The notes beneath the pieces were generated by a model. The model ran no database searches and was not told the DNA's origin. It saw only the letters and a program-made list of their open reading frames with translations. The position numbers were made by a program, and so were the translations under genes. A DNA stretch of 64,000 nt from Acidimicrobiia bacterium (GTDB lineage: Bacteria > Actinomycetota > Acidimicrobiia > Spongiisociales > ZC4RG35), in assembly GCA_965215185.1 (NCBI GenBank), contig OZ244034.1, forward strand, positions 1,088,001 to 1,152,000. Direction: 5' to 3'. Below, one piece after another: positions 29,193 to 39,636 of the stretch (positions are counted from its first letter, which is position 1; every line of letters begins with the position of its first letter).

Positions 29193-29894
29193 ATGCAGAT
29201 AATCCCCGCAGTCGACATCTTGGAGGGCCGGGTGGTCAGGTTGTTGCACGGCGACTACGGTCGGGTCACCCCCTACTCCGATCACCCGGTGCAAGTGGCG
29301 GGACGCTGGCTGGAGCAGGGCGCCCAACTGGTCCATGTGGTGGATTTGTCAGGTGCACGGTCCGGAGAGCCCGACCAACAGATATGGAGGGACATGACCC
29401 GGGCGGGGATTCCCTTCCAAGTGGGCGGTGGGATCCGCGCCCCCGCCACGGCCCGGGCAGCACTTGAGGCAGGTGCCCAACGGGTGGTGATGGGAACCGC
29501 GGCAGTGTGGAACCCGGCGGCTTTGCGAGAGGTGGGAGAATTGGAGCGGGTGGTGGCGGCGCTTGACATCCGAGCCGGCCGAGCCAGGGGAGCGGGATGG
29601 CTCGATGAAGGGCGCTCGGTCACCGAAACAGTAAGGGGTCTGCGAGAGGCAGGGGTAGTGAGGCTGTTGGTCACCGGAATCGAGCGAGATGGCGCCATGC
29701 AGGGACCAGACCTGAACCTGCTCCGAGAAGTCGGGTCACTATCCGACATGGCGATAATCGCCTCGGGCGGGGTAGGGAACCTCGCCGACCTCGAGGCGGT
29801 GGCAACCCTGGAATGCGAGGCGGCAATAGTAGGACGGGCCCTTTATGAAAGCCGTTTCACTCTAGCCCAGGCTATTGCCGTCACCGGCAGCTAG
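29193..29894 (+). CDS. hisA: ProFAR isomerase (HisA/PriA family)
   Basis: IIPAVDI..GRVVRL..G, HVVDL, QVGGGIR, ASGGV. Confidence 0.95.
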   Translation: MQIIPAVDILEGRVVRLLHGDYGRVTPYSDHPVQVAGRWLEQGAQLVHVVDLSGARSGEPDQQIWRDMTRAGIPFQVGGGIRAPATARAALEAGAQRVVMGTAAVWNPAALREVGELERVVAALDIRAGRARGAGWLDEGRSVTETVRGLREAGVVRLLVTGIERDGAMQGPDLNLLREVGSLSDMAIIASGGVGNLADLEAVATLECEAAIVGRALYESRFTLAQAIAVTGS

Positions 29895-30709
29895 CCCTCC
29901 GATCTCTGGCGACGGGCCTCGAACAGCACCACTGCCGCCGCCGCGCCGGCATTGAGAGAGTCGACGGTACCCGACATGGGAATCTGCACCTTTACGTCAG
30001 CCCCCTCCAACCACAAATCGGACAATCCGTATTGTTCGGAGCCAATCACCACGGCCGCTCCGCCAGCCAGATCGGCTCTCCAGGACGGTACGGCGGCCGC
30101 CGGGCTGGTGGCGATCACCAGCAGACCTTTCTCTTTTAGCCATTCCAACGCAGCGTGGCTATCCGCTACTGCCAGTGGCACGGTGAACAGCGACCCCAGG
30201 GAAGCGCGCACCACATTGGGGTTGAAAACATCGGTGGTCGGATCGGCCACCACCACCGCATCTGCTCCCGCCGCCTCGGCGGTCCGGATCATGGCACCCA
30301 GGTTGCCGGGCTTCTCCACCGACTCCACCACCAACACCAGGGAATCAGAACCGACCTGAAGCCCGGAGAGGGGAAGCGACGGCTGCCGCAGCACTGCTAG
30401 CAACCCTTCCGGGCGATCCCGATAGGAAACCTTGCGGAAGGCCGGTTCGGACATCTCCACCACCGGCGCCACCTGCCCGATCTCTGCCAGAAGTTTCTCC
30501 TCGTTTCCCCCCAGATAGAGGGGAGGACAACAAAAGACAGACAGTATCTGCGACTTCCAAGCCAGTGCCCGTTGCATTTCCCGGTACCCCTCCACCAAGA
30601 AGGCACCGGTTCTTTGCCTCTCTCGGCGGTTGCGAAGTCGCACCAGCGACTTCACGCGCGGGTTCTGAGGAGAGGTAATGGGATCACGCACGAGATACGC
30701 CTGAGGCAT
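29891..30709 (-). CDS. TrmH/SpoU RNA methyltransferase
   Basis: EKPGNLGA.IR, GSEQYGL, IPM...SLN. Confidence 0.92.
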   Translation of the reverse strand: MPQAYLVRDPITSPQNPRVKSLVRLRNRRERQRTGAFLVEGYREMQRALAWKSQILSVFCCPPLYLGGNEEKLLAEIGQVAPVVEMSEPAFRKVSYRDRPEGLLAVLRQPSLPLSGLQVGSDSLVLVVESVEKPGNLGAMIRTAEAAGADAVVVADPTTDVFNPNVVRASLGSLFTVPLAVADSHAALEWLKEKGLLVIATSPAAAVPSWRADLAGGAAVVIGSEQYGLSDLWLEGADVKVQIPMSGTVDSLNAGAAAAVVLFEARRQRSEG

Positions 30710-31698
30710 CAGGAGCCCCTCCGTTGAGCCTTCCATCGAGGTCGATACAGAAACTCCCGTAGCGCCACCACAATCACCACCGCCAACAGGGGAGCGAAGG
30801 GCGCAAATGCCTGCGTTACCGATCCAGTCGCCGCCGACAACCCCGATACGATCACAAAGGCCCCCAGCAATAATCTGGCCATTCCCACCCGATCGGAGGA
30901 GATGGTGCGATCGGCATGATCGGTGGGAGATTTCACATCTGTGCCGATTGCGCCCAGCGCCAAGGCAAACACCAGACCGGCGCCAACTAGGAGATAAATC
31001 CCCAAGGAACCGTCCTGCACACCGTCACCCGCCAACCTCTCAAACATTCTGGCGAAGGCCGGCAGGCCGGCTATGGACAAAGCGATGATCAATCCCTTCC
31101 GGACCCCCAGCCTCCCGTACACCAAAATCAGACTCGCCGCCGACACCGCGGCCAGGTGAGCCCACCACCACGAATCAACCTCGCCCAGGAACAAATAGAA
31201 CAACGATGCGCCCACCGCTACCCCTCCGGCAATCCACCGGTGCGAAGCCGAGGCGACCGGGGGAATACAGGTATCGAGAAACAGGGCGGCGGCCATCACA
31301 GCCCCCGCCCACCACCCGGTTTGGGTGCCGGAGAAGACCACGGCGCCCAGACCCAATAATCCTGCTTCCCAACGGGCCGGCGCCAATCCACTACTGCCCA
31401 CCATCACTTTGATGACCAGCAGCATTACGAACAAAACCCCGGCGTGACTGTCCAGCCACAAGGCCAAGCCGCCTCCCGCCAATGCCGCCAGGTTGGCGGA
31501 AACCGGGTAGTCGGGGTCTATCTCCCGGGACAATGCCCAGCACAGGTAGGCGGCCAGACCCGACTCGACTCCCTCGGCCCATCCTCCCCACAGGTAGCCT
31601 GCCGCACCGAACACAAACAGCGATGCCAGCGCCAAGCGGTCCGAGAAGCGCTGGAGGTCCAAGGGACGGGTGACGCTTACCCGATAGGCCGGTATCAC
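30709..31698 (-). CDS. Hypothetical multi-pass membrane protein
   Basis: Hydrophobic, WALSREIDPD motif, coupled to its neighbours. Confidence 0.7.
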   Translation of the reverse strand: MIPAYRVSVTRPLDLQRFSDRLALASLFVFGAAGYLWGGWAEGVESGLAAYLCWALSREIDPDYPVSANLAALAGGGLALWLDSHAGVLFVMLLVIKVMVGSSGLAPARWEAGLLGLGAVVFSGTQTGWWAGAVMAAALFLDTCIPPVASASHRWIAGGVAVGASLFYLFLGEVDSWWWAHLAAVSAASLILVYGRLGVRKGLIIALSIAGLPAFARMFERLAGDGVQDGSLGIYLLVGAGLVFALALGAIGTDVKSPTDHADRTISSDRVGMARLLLGAFVIVSGLSAATGSVTQAFAPFAPLLAVVIVVALREFLYRPRWKAQRRGS

Positions 31699-32813
31699 AC
31701 AAACCTCTGGGGAGCCAGTACCGCCGGATTGAGACCAAGGTCGACCAGCCGAGGTGAGACCTTGGAATCCAGAATCAAGGAGGCGGTCAGTTCACCCGCG
31801 CCGGGGGCGGTCTGAATCCCCGTGCCTCCCTGGCCCACCAGCCAGAAGAACCCTTCCGCCCGGGGATCGAAGCCGATCACCATCTCCCGATCGGGAGCGA
31901 AGGTGCGCAGTCCCGTCCACGAGGAACGGACCGAGCGAATCCCCAGGGTGGTGGCCTGGTTGATCCGTTCAATGGCCAAGGCGATATCGAGCGGTTCGGG
32001 ACGCGCATCGCAGGGAGGAGAGGGGTTCTCCTCCGAAAGAGAACAGAGCAACTGGATTCCGTCAGGTTTGAAATACCACTCCATACCCACGTTGGCCACC
32101 AACGGCCACTCTCGGTAATCATCGGATCCCGGCGCCATGAAGACAGTCCGTCGCATCGGGGTGATGCCCACCGGTTGGACACCTGCCAAACTGGCTATCT
32201 CATCTCCCCAGGCTCCGGCGGCATTCACCACGACCTGAACCTCCTGCCAGTCATCCGCCGCCCTCACCTTCCATCCTCCGGCGGTTTTTTGCAGGGCGGT
32301 GACCGGCGACGAAACCCGGATCTCAGCGCCCCTCCGGCGGGCGCCCCGCACGAAAGCCTGATGGATTGCGGCGACGTCCATATCAGCAGCACCGGGCTCC
32401 CACACCGCCCCGGCCAGCTTGTCCCTCCGAAGGGCAGGACAGAGCTCACACGCCTGTTCGGGTTCCAACCATTTCACCGCAGTGCCTGACCTTCCCGCCT
32501 CCTCCTCCCATTGTCGCAGGGCTTCTACCTGGTGTTCCTCTCCTACCAACATTCCCCCGCGCTTGGAAAGGAATGGAAAGTCGGATAGTCCCTTTGGAGG
32601 GCGGTCGAAGAAACTGCGGCTGGCCATGGTCAGGGGCCGAAGGCCGGACGATCCGTAAGACTCGAAGAGAAGAGCGGCGGAACGTCCGGTGGTGTGATAC
32701 GCCAAGGTCGATTCGGCTTCGATCACTACCACGTCGGCTCGCTCCGCAAGATAGTAAGCGGCGGCTACCCCGGCGATCCCCCCTCCCATCACCGCAACCC
32801 GCAGGGGTGTCAT
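31695..32813 (-). CDS. FAD-dependent oxidoreductase (DAO family)
   Basis: GGGIAG, TGRSAA, VNAAGAW, GQGGTGIQ. Confidence 0.9.
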   Translation of the reverse strand: MTPLRVAVMGGGIAGVAAAYYLAERADVVVIEAESTLAYHTTGRSAALLFESYGSSGLRPLTMASRSFFDRPPKGLSDFPFLSKRGGMLVGEEHQVEALRQWEEEAGRSGTAVKWLEPEQACELCPALRRDKLAGAVWEPGAADMDVAAIHQAFVRGARRRGAEIRVSSPVTALQKTAGGWKVRAADDWQEVQVVVNAAGAWGDEIASLAGVQPVGITPMRRTVFMAPGSDDYREWPLVANVGMEWYFKPDGIQLLCSLSEENPSPPCDARPEPLDIALAIERINQATTLGIRSVRSSWTGLRTFAPDREMVIGFDPRAEGFFWLVGQGGTGIQTAPGAGELTASLILDSKVSPRLVDLGLNPAVLAPQRFV

Positions 32814-32820
32814 GGCTTTC

Positions 32821-33330
32821 CTACAGATACAGTCCGGTGGGAGGCCGGTCATTGGGGTCGGGACGGCCTGCCCTGAGTTGGGCCCGTTGCGCGGCTTGGG
32901 CCTGGGCAACCATCTGTTTGGTGACCAGACTAGCCTGAATGCCTTGGAAAAGGCCTTCCAACCATCCGATCAGCTGGGCTTGGGCGATGCGCACCTCAGA
33001 TGAGGTGGGAGGATCGTCCCCCAGCAACGGCTCGAACATGCGGTCGAACTCGCTGAGGAGATGTTCGCTGAGCACATCTCGCAACTCTATTAGGGAACGG
33101 TCATGGATCCTGGAGATGAGATCCCGCCCGGACTCATCGGGAGTTGCCTCCCGCACTTCCTCCAATATCGATCTGGTCATGGTGGCGATCCTGATCAACT
33201 TGGCCGGCTCGGTGACCTGGGTGTCAGATCCGGAAACCAGGCGCCCGTCTCCGTCGGCGGTGACATCTGGGTCACCCGGCACTTCCTCCACCAGATCGGG
33301 CTGCAGGGTTTGATCAGATCGCATGCCCAT
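32821..33330 (-). CDS. bpa: Bacterial proteasome activator
   Basis: PAKLIRIA..., AQAQLIGWLEGLF, C-terminal GLYL (HbYX motif). Confidence 0.9.
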   Translation of the reverse strand: MGMRSDQTLQPDLVEEVPGDPDVTADGDGRLVSGSDTQVTEPAKLIRIATMTRSILEEVREATPDESGRDLISRIHDRSLIELRDVLSEHLLSEFDRMFEPLLGDDPPTSSEVRIAQAQLIGWLEGLFQGIQASLVTKQMVAQAQAAQRAQLRAGRPDPNDRPPTGLYL

Positions 33331-33380
33331 CAGGCTACTTCAACAACGCGCACTTTATAAAGCCACCGGATGCTATTGCC

Positions 33381-34073
33381 TTACACTGGGATTTCGGCGC
33401 CGTTGAGAACCCAGGCTTCTTTGGTGAGCAGAAACTCGGCTACCCGGGCAACATCGTCGGGGGTGGGCCAGAGGCTGTGATCGGCATCAGGCATGGCTTC
33501 CCGGGAGGCCGGAGTGTCTATCACCGAAGGAACCAGAACCGAAACGGAGACACCGGTTTTCTGCAGTTCTGCAGCCAGTGTTCGACTCAGCGCCACCACC
33601 CCTGCCTTGGCGATGTTGAACGCCCCCTGGGCAGGAGGAGCGTTGAAGGCGGCCTGGCTGGCAGTCAGCACCACCCGGGCCCACTCGGCACGGCGCAGAT
33701 GGGGCAACGCCGCCCGCACCGCGGTAAAGGTGGAACGCAGATTGGAGTCGAGCATTCTCTCCAGACGCAGATCAGAAGTTTGCTCGATGGTCCTTCCTCC
33801 CGCCCAGCTTCCGGCCAGGCAAGCCAGCCCAGAGATGTCGCCCCACCTGTCACTCAACTCTCCCAAGAATCCTTCCATGGCTCGGGAACTGGTCACATCC
33901 ACTCTCCGCAGCATGATGCGATCATGGTAAGTGCCGAACCTATCCTCAAAGCGGTCGGCCTCGGCAGGTTTGAGGTAGGTGACTCCCAACCGGAGGTCGG
34001 GGTTCTTCAGCAACCTGGTGATGAGAGAGTTGCCCAGCCATCCTGTCCCACCAGTTATGACCACCGTTCTCAT
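33381..34073 (-). CDS. SDR-family oxidoreductase
   Basis: TGGTGWLG; the active-site motif reads FNIAK rather than YxxxK. Confidence 0.85.
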   Translation of the reverse strand: MRTVVITGGTGWLGNSLITRLLKNPDLRLGVTYLKPAEADRFEDRFGTYHDRIMLRRVDVTSSRAMEGFLGELSDRWGDISGLACLAGSWAGGRTIEQTSDLRLERMLDSNLRSTFTAVRAALPHLRRAEWARVVLTASQAAFNAPPAQGAFNIAKAGVVALSRTLAAELQKTGVSVSVLVPSVIDTPASREAMPDADHSLWPTPDDVARVAEFLLTKEAWVLNGAEIPV

Positions 34074-34228
34074 AGGCCTGATTCTGGCAGAGTCGGAAGC
34101 CAAATCGAGATCAATTCCAGGCTTGATGCGCCTCTGATGGTGCATGGATCAAGATCTGAGTAGCTCGGTCACCCCGCGAAAGATGAAAAGAGGCCCTAAT
34201 CAAAGGAACTGCCTAGTCTCGTAAGACG

Positions 34229-35296
34229 ATGGCCACCCTGGGAATCACCGGTCCGCCCAACAGCGGCAAAAGCTCTCTGTTCGCGGCACTCACCGACCGC
34301 CACGAAGGGATCGCCCCCTTTCCGTTCTCGACTACCGCCGCCCGAGTAGGTGTCGTTGCGATGGAGGACCCGGTTTTGGAAGAAGTGGGCAGGCTGGAAG
34401 GATCCAAACGCATCACCTACAGTGCGTTGGAAGCCACCGACACCCCGCCACGGAGCAGATCGGGAGGAGAGCCCGACACAGAAACGATGGGCAGGCTTCG
34501 TCAGTCCGACTGCCTGGTGGTCGTGCTCCGCTCCTTCAATGACCCGGCCGTTCCCGATTCGGAGTCGGGGGTGGACCCGGTTCAGCAGGCGGAGGAGACC
34601 ATGCTCGACCTAGCGATCGCAGATGCGGACATGTTCGAGCGATCTTTGGTGAGGCTCCGCAATCAGGCCACTTCCCGGCCGGAGCGCCGGGCGGTCTATG
34701 AGGTGGTGGCCCGCGCCGCCGCCATCGCCAGGGAGGGCGACATGCTGCGATCGGCGCCGTGGTCGAAAGCCGAGCGGACTGCCTTGGCAGACTTCGCGCC
34801 CCTAACTCTCAAACCGATCATCTGGGTGGTGAACGCCGACGAAGACCTCCACTCGTCCACCGATCACCGATTGCGGGAAGTGGTGCCCGATCGAGATCCG
34901 GTATTGACCCTGACCTTGGCTTTAGAAGCCGAGGCCGCCTCGTTGGACCCCGGGGACCGAAAGGAGATGAGGGAGGCGTTCGGACTGGGGGAGGGGGCAT
35001 CGTCCACCGTGGCCCAGGCTGCCACGTCCGCCCTCGGCCTGTGCACCTTCTACACGGCCGGCCGGCGGGAAACCCGGGCATGGCTCACCCCGCATGGCTC
35101 TAGCGCTCGTCAGGCGGCGGGCAAGATCCATTCCGATATGGAAAGAGGCTTCATCAGAGCTGAGGTGGCGACTGCCCGGACCGTGATCGATGCCGGAGGG
35201 TGGGACGCGGCCCGCGGAAAGGGAATGGTGCGGGTGGAGGGGCGCGATTACACCGTTCAACCCCAAGACCTCATGCACGTTAGGTTTTCGGTATAG
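34229..35296 (+). CDS. YchF/Obg-like P-loop NTPase, divergent
   Basis: GPPNSGKS, PFST, TGS-like domain AAGKIHSDMERGFIRAEV. Confidence 0.85.
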   Translation: MATLGITGPPNSGKSSLFAALTDRHEGIAPFPFSTTAARVGVVAMEDPVLEEVGRLEGSKRITYSALEATDTPPRSRSGGEPDTETMGRLRQSDCLVVVLRSFNDPAVPDSESGVDPVQQAEETMLDLAIADADMFERSLVRLRNQATSRPERRAVYEVVARAAAIAREGDMLRSAPWSKAERTALADFAPLTLKPIIWVVNADEDLHSSTDHRLREVVPDRDPVLTLTLALEAEAASLDPGDRKEMREAFGLGEGASSTVAQAATSALGLCTFYTAGRRETRAWLTPHGSSARQAAGKIHSDMERGFIRAEVATARTVIDAGGWDAARGKGMVRVEGRDYTVQPQDLMHVRFSV

Positions 35297-35339
35297 ATGC
35301 CCTTACCCGCAGGTCGACGAATGTATTGTTATCAACTGA

Positions 35340-37559
35340 GTGCTTCCCGTATTTGCCGCCGCTGAACCGGGGGAATTCACCCTCCTAGATGAGCACCAAC
35401 TGTATATCTTCTTCCTGCAGTTGGTCCTTTTAGTAGGAACCGCGCGGCTATTGGGTGGGATCGCCAACAAACTGCGCCAGCCCCCGGTGGTGGGGCAACT
35501 CGTTGCCGGAGTGGTTATAGGACCAAGTGTCCTGGGTCAGTTCTATCCAGAGACCTTCGATTGGATCTTTTCGGACTCCACCGTGGGATCGGTGATATAC
35601 GGTCTGGCCTGGCTGGCGGTGATCATGGTGCTGGTGGTGATCGGATATGAGACCGACCTGGGAATTATCGCCCGTCTGCGCAATGCAGCCCTCAATGTCT
35701 CCGCCGGCGCCCTGCTGGTTCCTCTGGTGGTGGTGGGATCGGTGGCGCTCTTAACTCCTTCATCTTTCATCGGGACCAGCGGACGGGGCCTGTATGCGGC
35801 CTTCATGGCGCTGGCGCTCTCGGTGGCCGCCTTGCCGGTGGTGGCCAAAATTCTTCAGGACCTGGGCATGCTTCGCCGCAACTTCGGTCAAGTGACCCTG
35901 GCGGTGAGCATGACCATGGATTCGGTGGGGTGGTTGATCCTGGCCGGCCTGGCCGGGATCGCACAGGAAGGTTTCGAGCCTGCCCAGTTGCTCACCTCCC
36001 TGGGAGGGCTGGTGGTGTTCTTGGCGGTGGCGGCCACGCTGGGAAGGTGGTTGCTCAACCAAGCCATGCGTTTGGCTCTGCGGGACGGATCGAATCTCCG
36101 AGCGGCTCTCACGGTGAGTCTGGTGGCAGCGATCGGGGGAGGAGCGGTGACCCACCTCTTGGGACTGGAAGCCATCCTGGGGGCGTTCATCGTGGGGATT
36201 ATCCTCGCCACGCTCCGCTACCAGATGAGCGAGGTCCGGTATGTCCTGGAGGCGATCACCGACTCCTTCTTCGCCCCCATATTCTTCGCCTTCAGCGGGC
36301 TCCGGGTGGATGTAACACTGTTGGCATCTGCCAGTGCCATCATCTGGACGGTGGTTCTCATCGTCCTGGCGGTGGCGGCCAAGATGTTCGGAACCCTGGT
36401 GGGGGCCCGCCGGGCCGGCCTCAGTGTCAGAGAGGGATTGGCCCTCGGGTCCGGCTTGTCCGCCCTTGGCGCCATGGGCATCGTGGTGGCTTTGGTTGGC
36501 TTGAGCCTGGGCGTGGTGAGCCCCACCGGATACACGGTGATTGTGTTAGCCGCCATCGTTACCTCGCTGGTTGCTCCGGCGTTGCTGAAGATGGCCGTCA
36601 AGGGAATGGAGGCCGGAGAGGAAGAAAAGACCCGTCTGGAGTCGGAGGCCATCCGCTCCCAGGCGCAGATTCTGGGATCGCGCCGGATACTCCTTCCTAC
36701 CCGGGGAGGAGCAAACACCGTTTACGCCGCCGCCCAGATAAGCATCCTGTTTCCCGATGCGGAGGTGACAGTGCTGGCAGTCACCGGTGCAAAGGGCAAT
36801 TGGGGGAAGCGTCTCCTGGGCATTCAGACCGAACCCGATCAGGGTCCAGAGGAAACGTTGAAGGCGCTGGGTTCCGAGGGCCATCGCCTGATTAGAAGGA
36901 AGAGACGGGATCCGGCGGACGCGATTTTGAAGGAAGCGGCGCTCGGATATGACTTGGTGGTGCTGGGAGCGACAGAGGGCACCGATGAAAGCGAAGTGTT
37001 CTCCAGCGTGATCGACCGGGTTCTGGCCAAATTGGATCGACCCACCCTGATTTTTCGATATCCCAGCACCGACCCGAACGCCAGCCTCTCGGAATTAGCC
37101 ATTCCCGAAGCGAGGAGAGTGCTGTTGTCGGTGGAATCAAACCGGGCTTCCCGCGCAGCCGAGGAGGTGGCATACTCCTTGGCCTCCCACAATGACGGGC
37201 TGGTGTACGCCTTGCATCTGATCACCGAGAGCGCCGACGGCCCGATCCACTACGACATGATAAGCAGCGCTCAGAACTTCAAGGTCGGTCGGGAAATGGT
37301 GGAGGAATCGGTAGCTTTCGGAGAACGGCTGGGCGCCAGAGTACAAGCCGACGTCCGGCCTGTTGCCCAACCGGAAGGGGAACTGGTAGCCACCGCCAAT
37401 TCCGAGAATTGGGACTTGTTGGTGATGGGCGCCACCAGTCGACCTCTTACCAATCGGCCTTTCTTCGGTTACGGGATGTCCTATGTACTAAAGCACGTGA
37501 CTGTTCCACTGGTGATAGTCGCCATGCCCGATGTTGTCTCCCGTTACACACCCCATTGA
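35340..37559 (+). CDS. Cation:proton antiporter with C-terminal USP domains
   Basis: CPA2-like TM region; DLVVLGA and DLLVMGA USP motifs. Confidence 0.9.
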   Translation: MLPVFAAAEPGEFTLLDEHQLYIFFLQLVLLVGTARLLGGIANKLRQPPVVGQLVAGVVIGPSVLGQFYPETFDWIFSDSTVGSVIYGLAWLAVIMVLVVIGYETDLGIIARLRNAALNVSAGALLVPLVVVGSVALLTPSSFIGTSGRGLYAAFMALALSVAALPVVAKILQDLGMLRRNFGQVTLAVSMTMDSVGWLILAGLAGIAQEGFEPAQLLTSLGGLVVFLAVAATLGRWLLNQAMRLALRDGSNLRAALTVSLVAAIGGGAVTHLLGLEAILGAFIVGIILATLRYQMSEVRYVLEAITDSFFAPIFFAFSGLRVDVTLLASASAIIWTVVLIVLAVAAKMFGTLVGARRAGLSVREGLALGSGLSALGAMGIVVALVGLSLGVVSPTGYTVIVLAAIVTSLVAPALLKMAVKGMEAGEEEKTRLESEAIRSQAQILGSRRILLPTRGGANTVYAAAQISILFPDAEVTVLAVTGAKGNWGKRLLGIQTEPDQGPEETLKALGSEGHRLIRRKRRDPADAILKEAALGYDLVVLGATEGTDESEVFSSVIDRVLAKLDRPTLIFRYPSTDPNASLSELAIPEARRVLLSVESNRASRAAEEVAYSLASHNDGLVYALHLITESADGPIHYDMISSAQNFKVGREMVEESVAFGERLGARVQADVRPVAQPEGELVATANSENWDLLVMGATSRPLTNRPFFGYGMSYVLKHVTVPLVIVAMPDVVSRYTPH

Positions 37560-37565
37560 TCTACT

Positions 37566-38075
37566 GTGCGTTCGTTACTAGCCGACCTTCTGGGCGGCTG
37601 GGGAGTGCCCAACCCTTTGGTGGTGGCGTTGATATCCGCCCTCCCCGTGCTTGAGTTGCGGGCTGGCATACCTTTGGGAAGACTTGTTTTGGAGATGAGC
37701 CCCCTTTCAACCTGGGCCTGGGGCGTGGCTGGCAATCTGGCGCCCGTGCCTCTGGTCTTTTGGATTCCGGGAGTGTTTGATCGATTTTGCTCTGCTGATC
37801 GTCTCCCCTGGATGCGGCGCTTGATGGACCGGATGTATGCCCGCACCCGTCGCCGCCACACCAACTTGTTTCTTCGCCTGCAGGATCTGGCGTTGGTGGC
37901 GTTGGTGGCGATCCCTCTCCCACTGACCGGAGGTTGGACCGGAGTGCTGGCCGCATATGTTTTCGGTGTTCCTTTCCGACGTGCCATCTGGCTGATAACC
38001 CTGGGAGTGGCCATCGCCGGTGCGCTGGTCCTGCTCCTGGTTGAGGCCGGTTTGCTGGTCTGGGGTTCAGGGTAG
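37566..38075 (+). CDS. Small multi-drug export family membrane protein
   Basis: PVLELRAGIP and VAIPLPLTGGWTG. Confidence 0.85.
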   Translation: MRSLLADLLGGWGVPNPLVVALISALPVLELRAGIPLGRLVLEMSPLSTWAWGVAGNLAPVPLVFWIPGVFDRFCSADRLPWMRRLMDRMYARTRRRHTNLFLRLQDLALVALVAIPLPLTGGWTGVLAAYVFGVPFRRAIWLITLGVAIAGALVLLLVEAGLLVWGSG

Positions 38076-38411
38076 AACACCGGTCGGTATTCATCCTCGG
38101 CAAGTCCGGCGGGTCCGAATCTGTTGAGTAGGCAGATGCAGGTCCCGGGTGGAAGGAAAGGGTAGAGAGGAAGCTCCGGGGAGGAGACTTTCGTCATCAT
38201 CGTGGCTTGAACATCCACGATCGCGCGCCTACTCCATGTAGCCGGCCGGATGGAAACAAGCCTCTTTCTTGGTCTGTCGAGATCTTTCCGGCGCTCTCCC
38301 CGCCACCGATGGGTGGGGCTCTCGACGCTGCCCCAGGTGCGGGCACCCGCGGTGAGTCCTTTTGTTATGATTGGCGCTGGCCGCGATGACATTGGCGGAA
38401 AGGAAGACACA

Positions 38412-39614
38412 TTGTCCTCTATCACATTTGAAAGCGTCGGCAAAGTGTATCCGGGAGGAACCAGGGCAATCACCGACGTGAGCATCGAGGTTGGTGACGG
38501 GGAATTCGTGGTATTGGTCGGCCCGTCCGGATGCGGCAAATCCACCCTGCTGCGGATGGTGGCGGGATTGGAGGAAGTCACCGAGGGAGTCCTTCGGATC
38601 GGCGAGAACGTGGTGAACGACGTATCCCCCAAAGACCGGGACATCGCCATGGTCTTTCAGAATTACGCCCTCTACCCCCACATGAGTGTCTTCGACAATA
38701 TGGCGTTCGGTTTGAAAATGCGGCGCCTGCCGCGCGAGGAAATTCGCCGCAAGGTGGCCGAGGCCGCCGCCATCCTGGAAATCTCCGAGTTGATGGACCG
38801 AAAGCCCAAGTCATTGTCGGGGGGACAGCGGCAGCGGGTGGCGATGGGTCGGGCGATCGTCCGCGAGCCCGCCGCTTTCCTGATGGACGAACCCCTTTCC
38901 AATCTCGACGCCAAGTTGCGGGTGCAGATGCGCTCCGAGTTGGGGCTTCTTCACAACCGGCTGAAGACCACCACCTTATATGTGACTCACGATCAAGTGG
39001 AGGCGATGACTATGGGAGACCGGGTGGCGGTGCTCCGCAAGGCCAGCGAACACCAAACCAACCTCCAGCAGATCGACACGCCTCGGATTCTATACGACTA
39101 CCCCGCCAACCTGTTTGTGGCCGGGTTTATCGGCTCGCCTTCCATGAATTTCGTGTACGGAAAGATCCGCTCTCACGGTGCGGAAACTTCCCTGGCTTTC
39201 GCCGACGAGGAGATACCACTCAACCGTTCAGTGTTCACTCAGCATCCCCACTTGGGTTCCTATGCGGATAGCCAGGTGGTAGTGGGAATCAGGCCCGAAG
39301 CCTTCGAGGTCCACTCTCCGACCTCAGAATCCGACGGCGGGGGGACCATCACCGCCGAAGCCAGCTTGGTGGAGCAACTGGGATCGGAAGCCTATGTCCA
39401 CTTCAGCAAGCCTTCGCCTCCGGTAATTACCCCCGACATCCGGGAACTCTTGGAAGACGAGGGAAGCGACATCTCCTCCCTGGGGGACAGGACAAAATTC
39501 GTGGCCAGGGTCAATCCCGATTTGGCGCCTTCCTCCGGAGATCGGATTCACCTGATCCTCGATGTCTCCAAGCTGCACTTCTTCGACCCCGAGACCGGCG
39601 CTGCCATCAGTTGA
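38412..39614 (+). CDS. Sugar ABC transporter ATP-binding protein (MsiK/UgpC-like)
   Basis: GPSGCGKS, VFQNYALYPH, LSGGQRQR, DEPLSNLD. Confidence 0.95.
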   Translation: MSSITFESVGKVYPGGTRAITDVSIEVGDGEFVVLVGPSGCGKSTLLRMVAGLEEVTEGVLRIGENVVNDVSPKDRDIAMVFQNYALYPHMSVFDNMAFGLKMRRLPREEIRRKVAEAAAILEISELMDRKPKSLSGGQRQRVAMGRAIVREPAAFLMDEPLSNLDAKLRVQMRSELGLLHNRLKTTTLYVTHDQVEAMTMGDRVAVLRKASEHQTNLQQIDTPRILYDYPANLFVAGFIGSPSMNFVYGKIRSHGAETSLAFADEEIPLNRSVFTQHPHLGSYADSQVVVGIRPEAFEVHSPTSESDGGGTITAEASLVEQLGSEAYVHFSKPSPPVITPDIRELLEDEGSDISSLGDRTKFVARVNPDLAPSSGDRIHLILDVSKLHFFDPETGAAIS

Positions 39615-39636
39615 GTCTCCCGGTTGGGCCGGCTGG

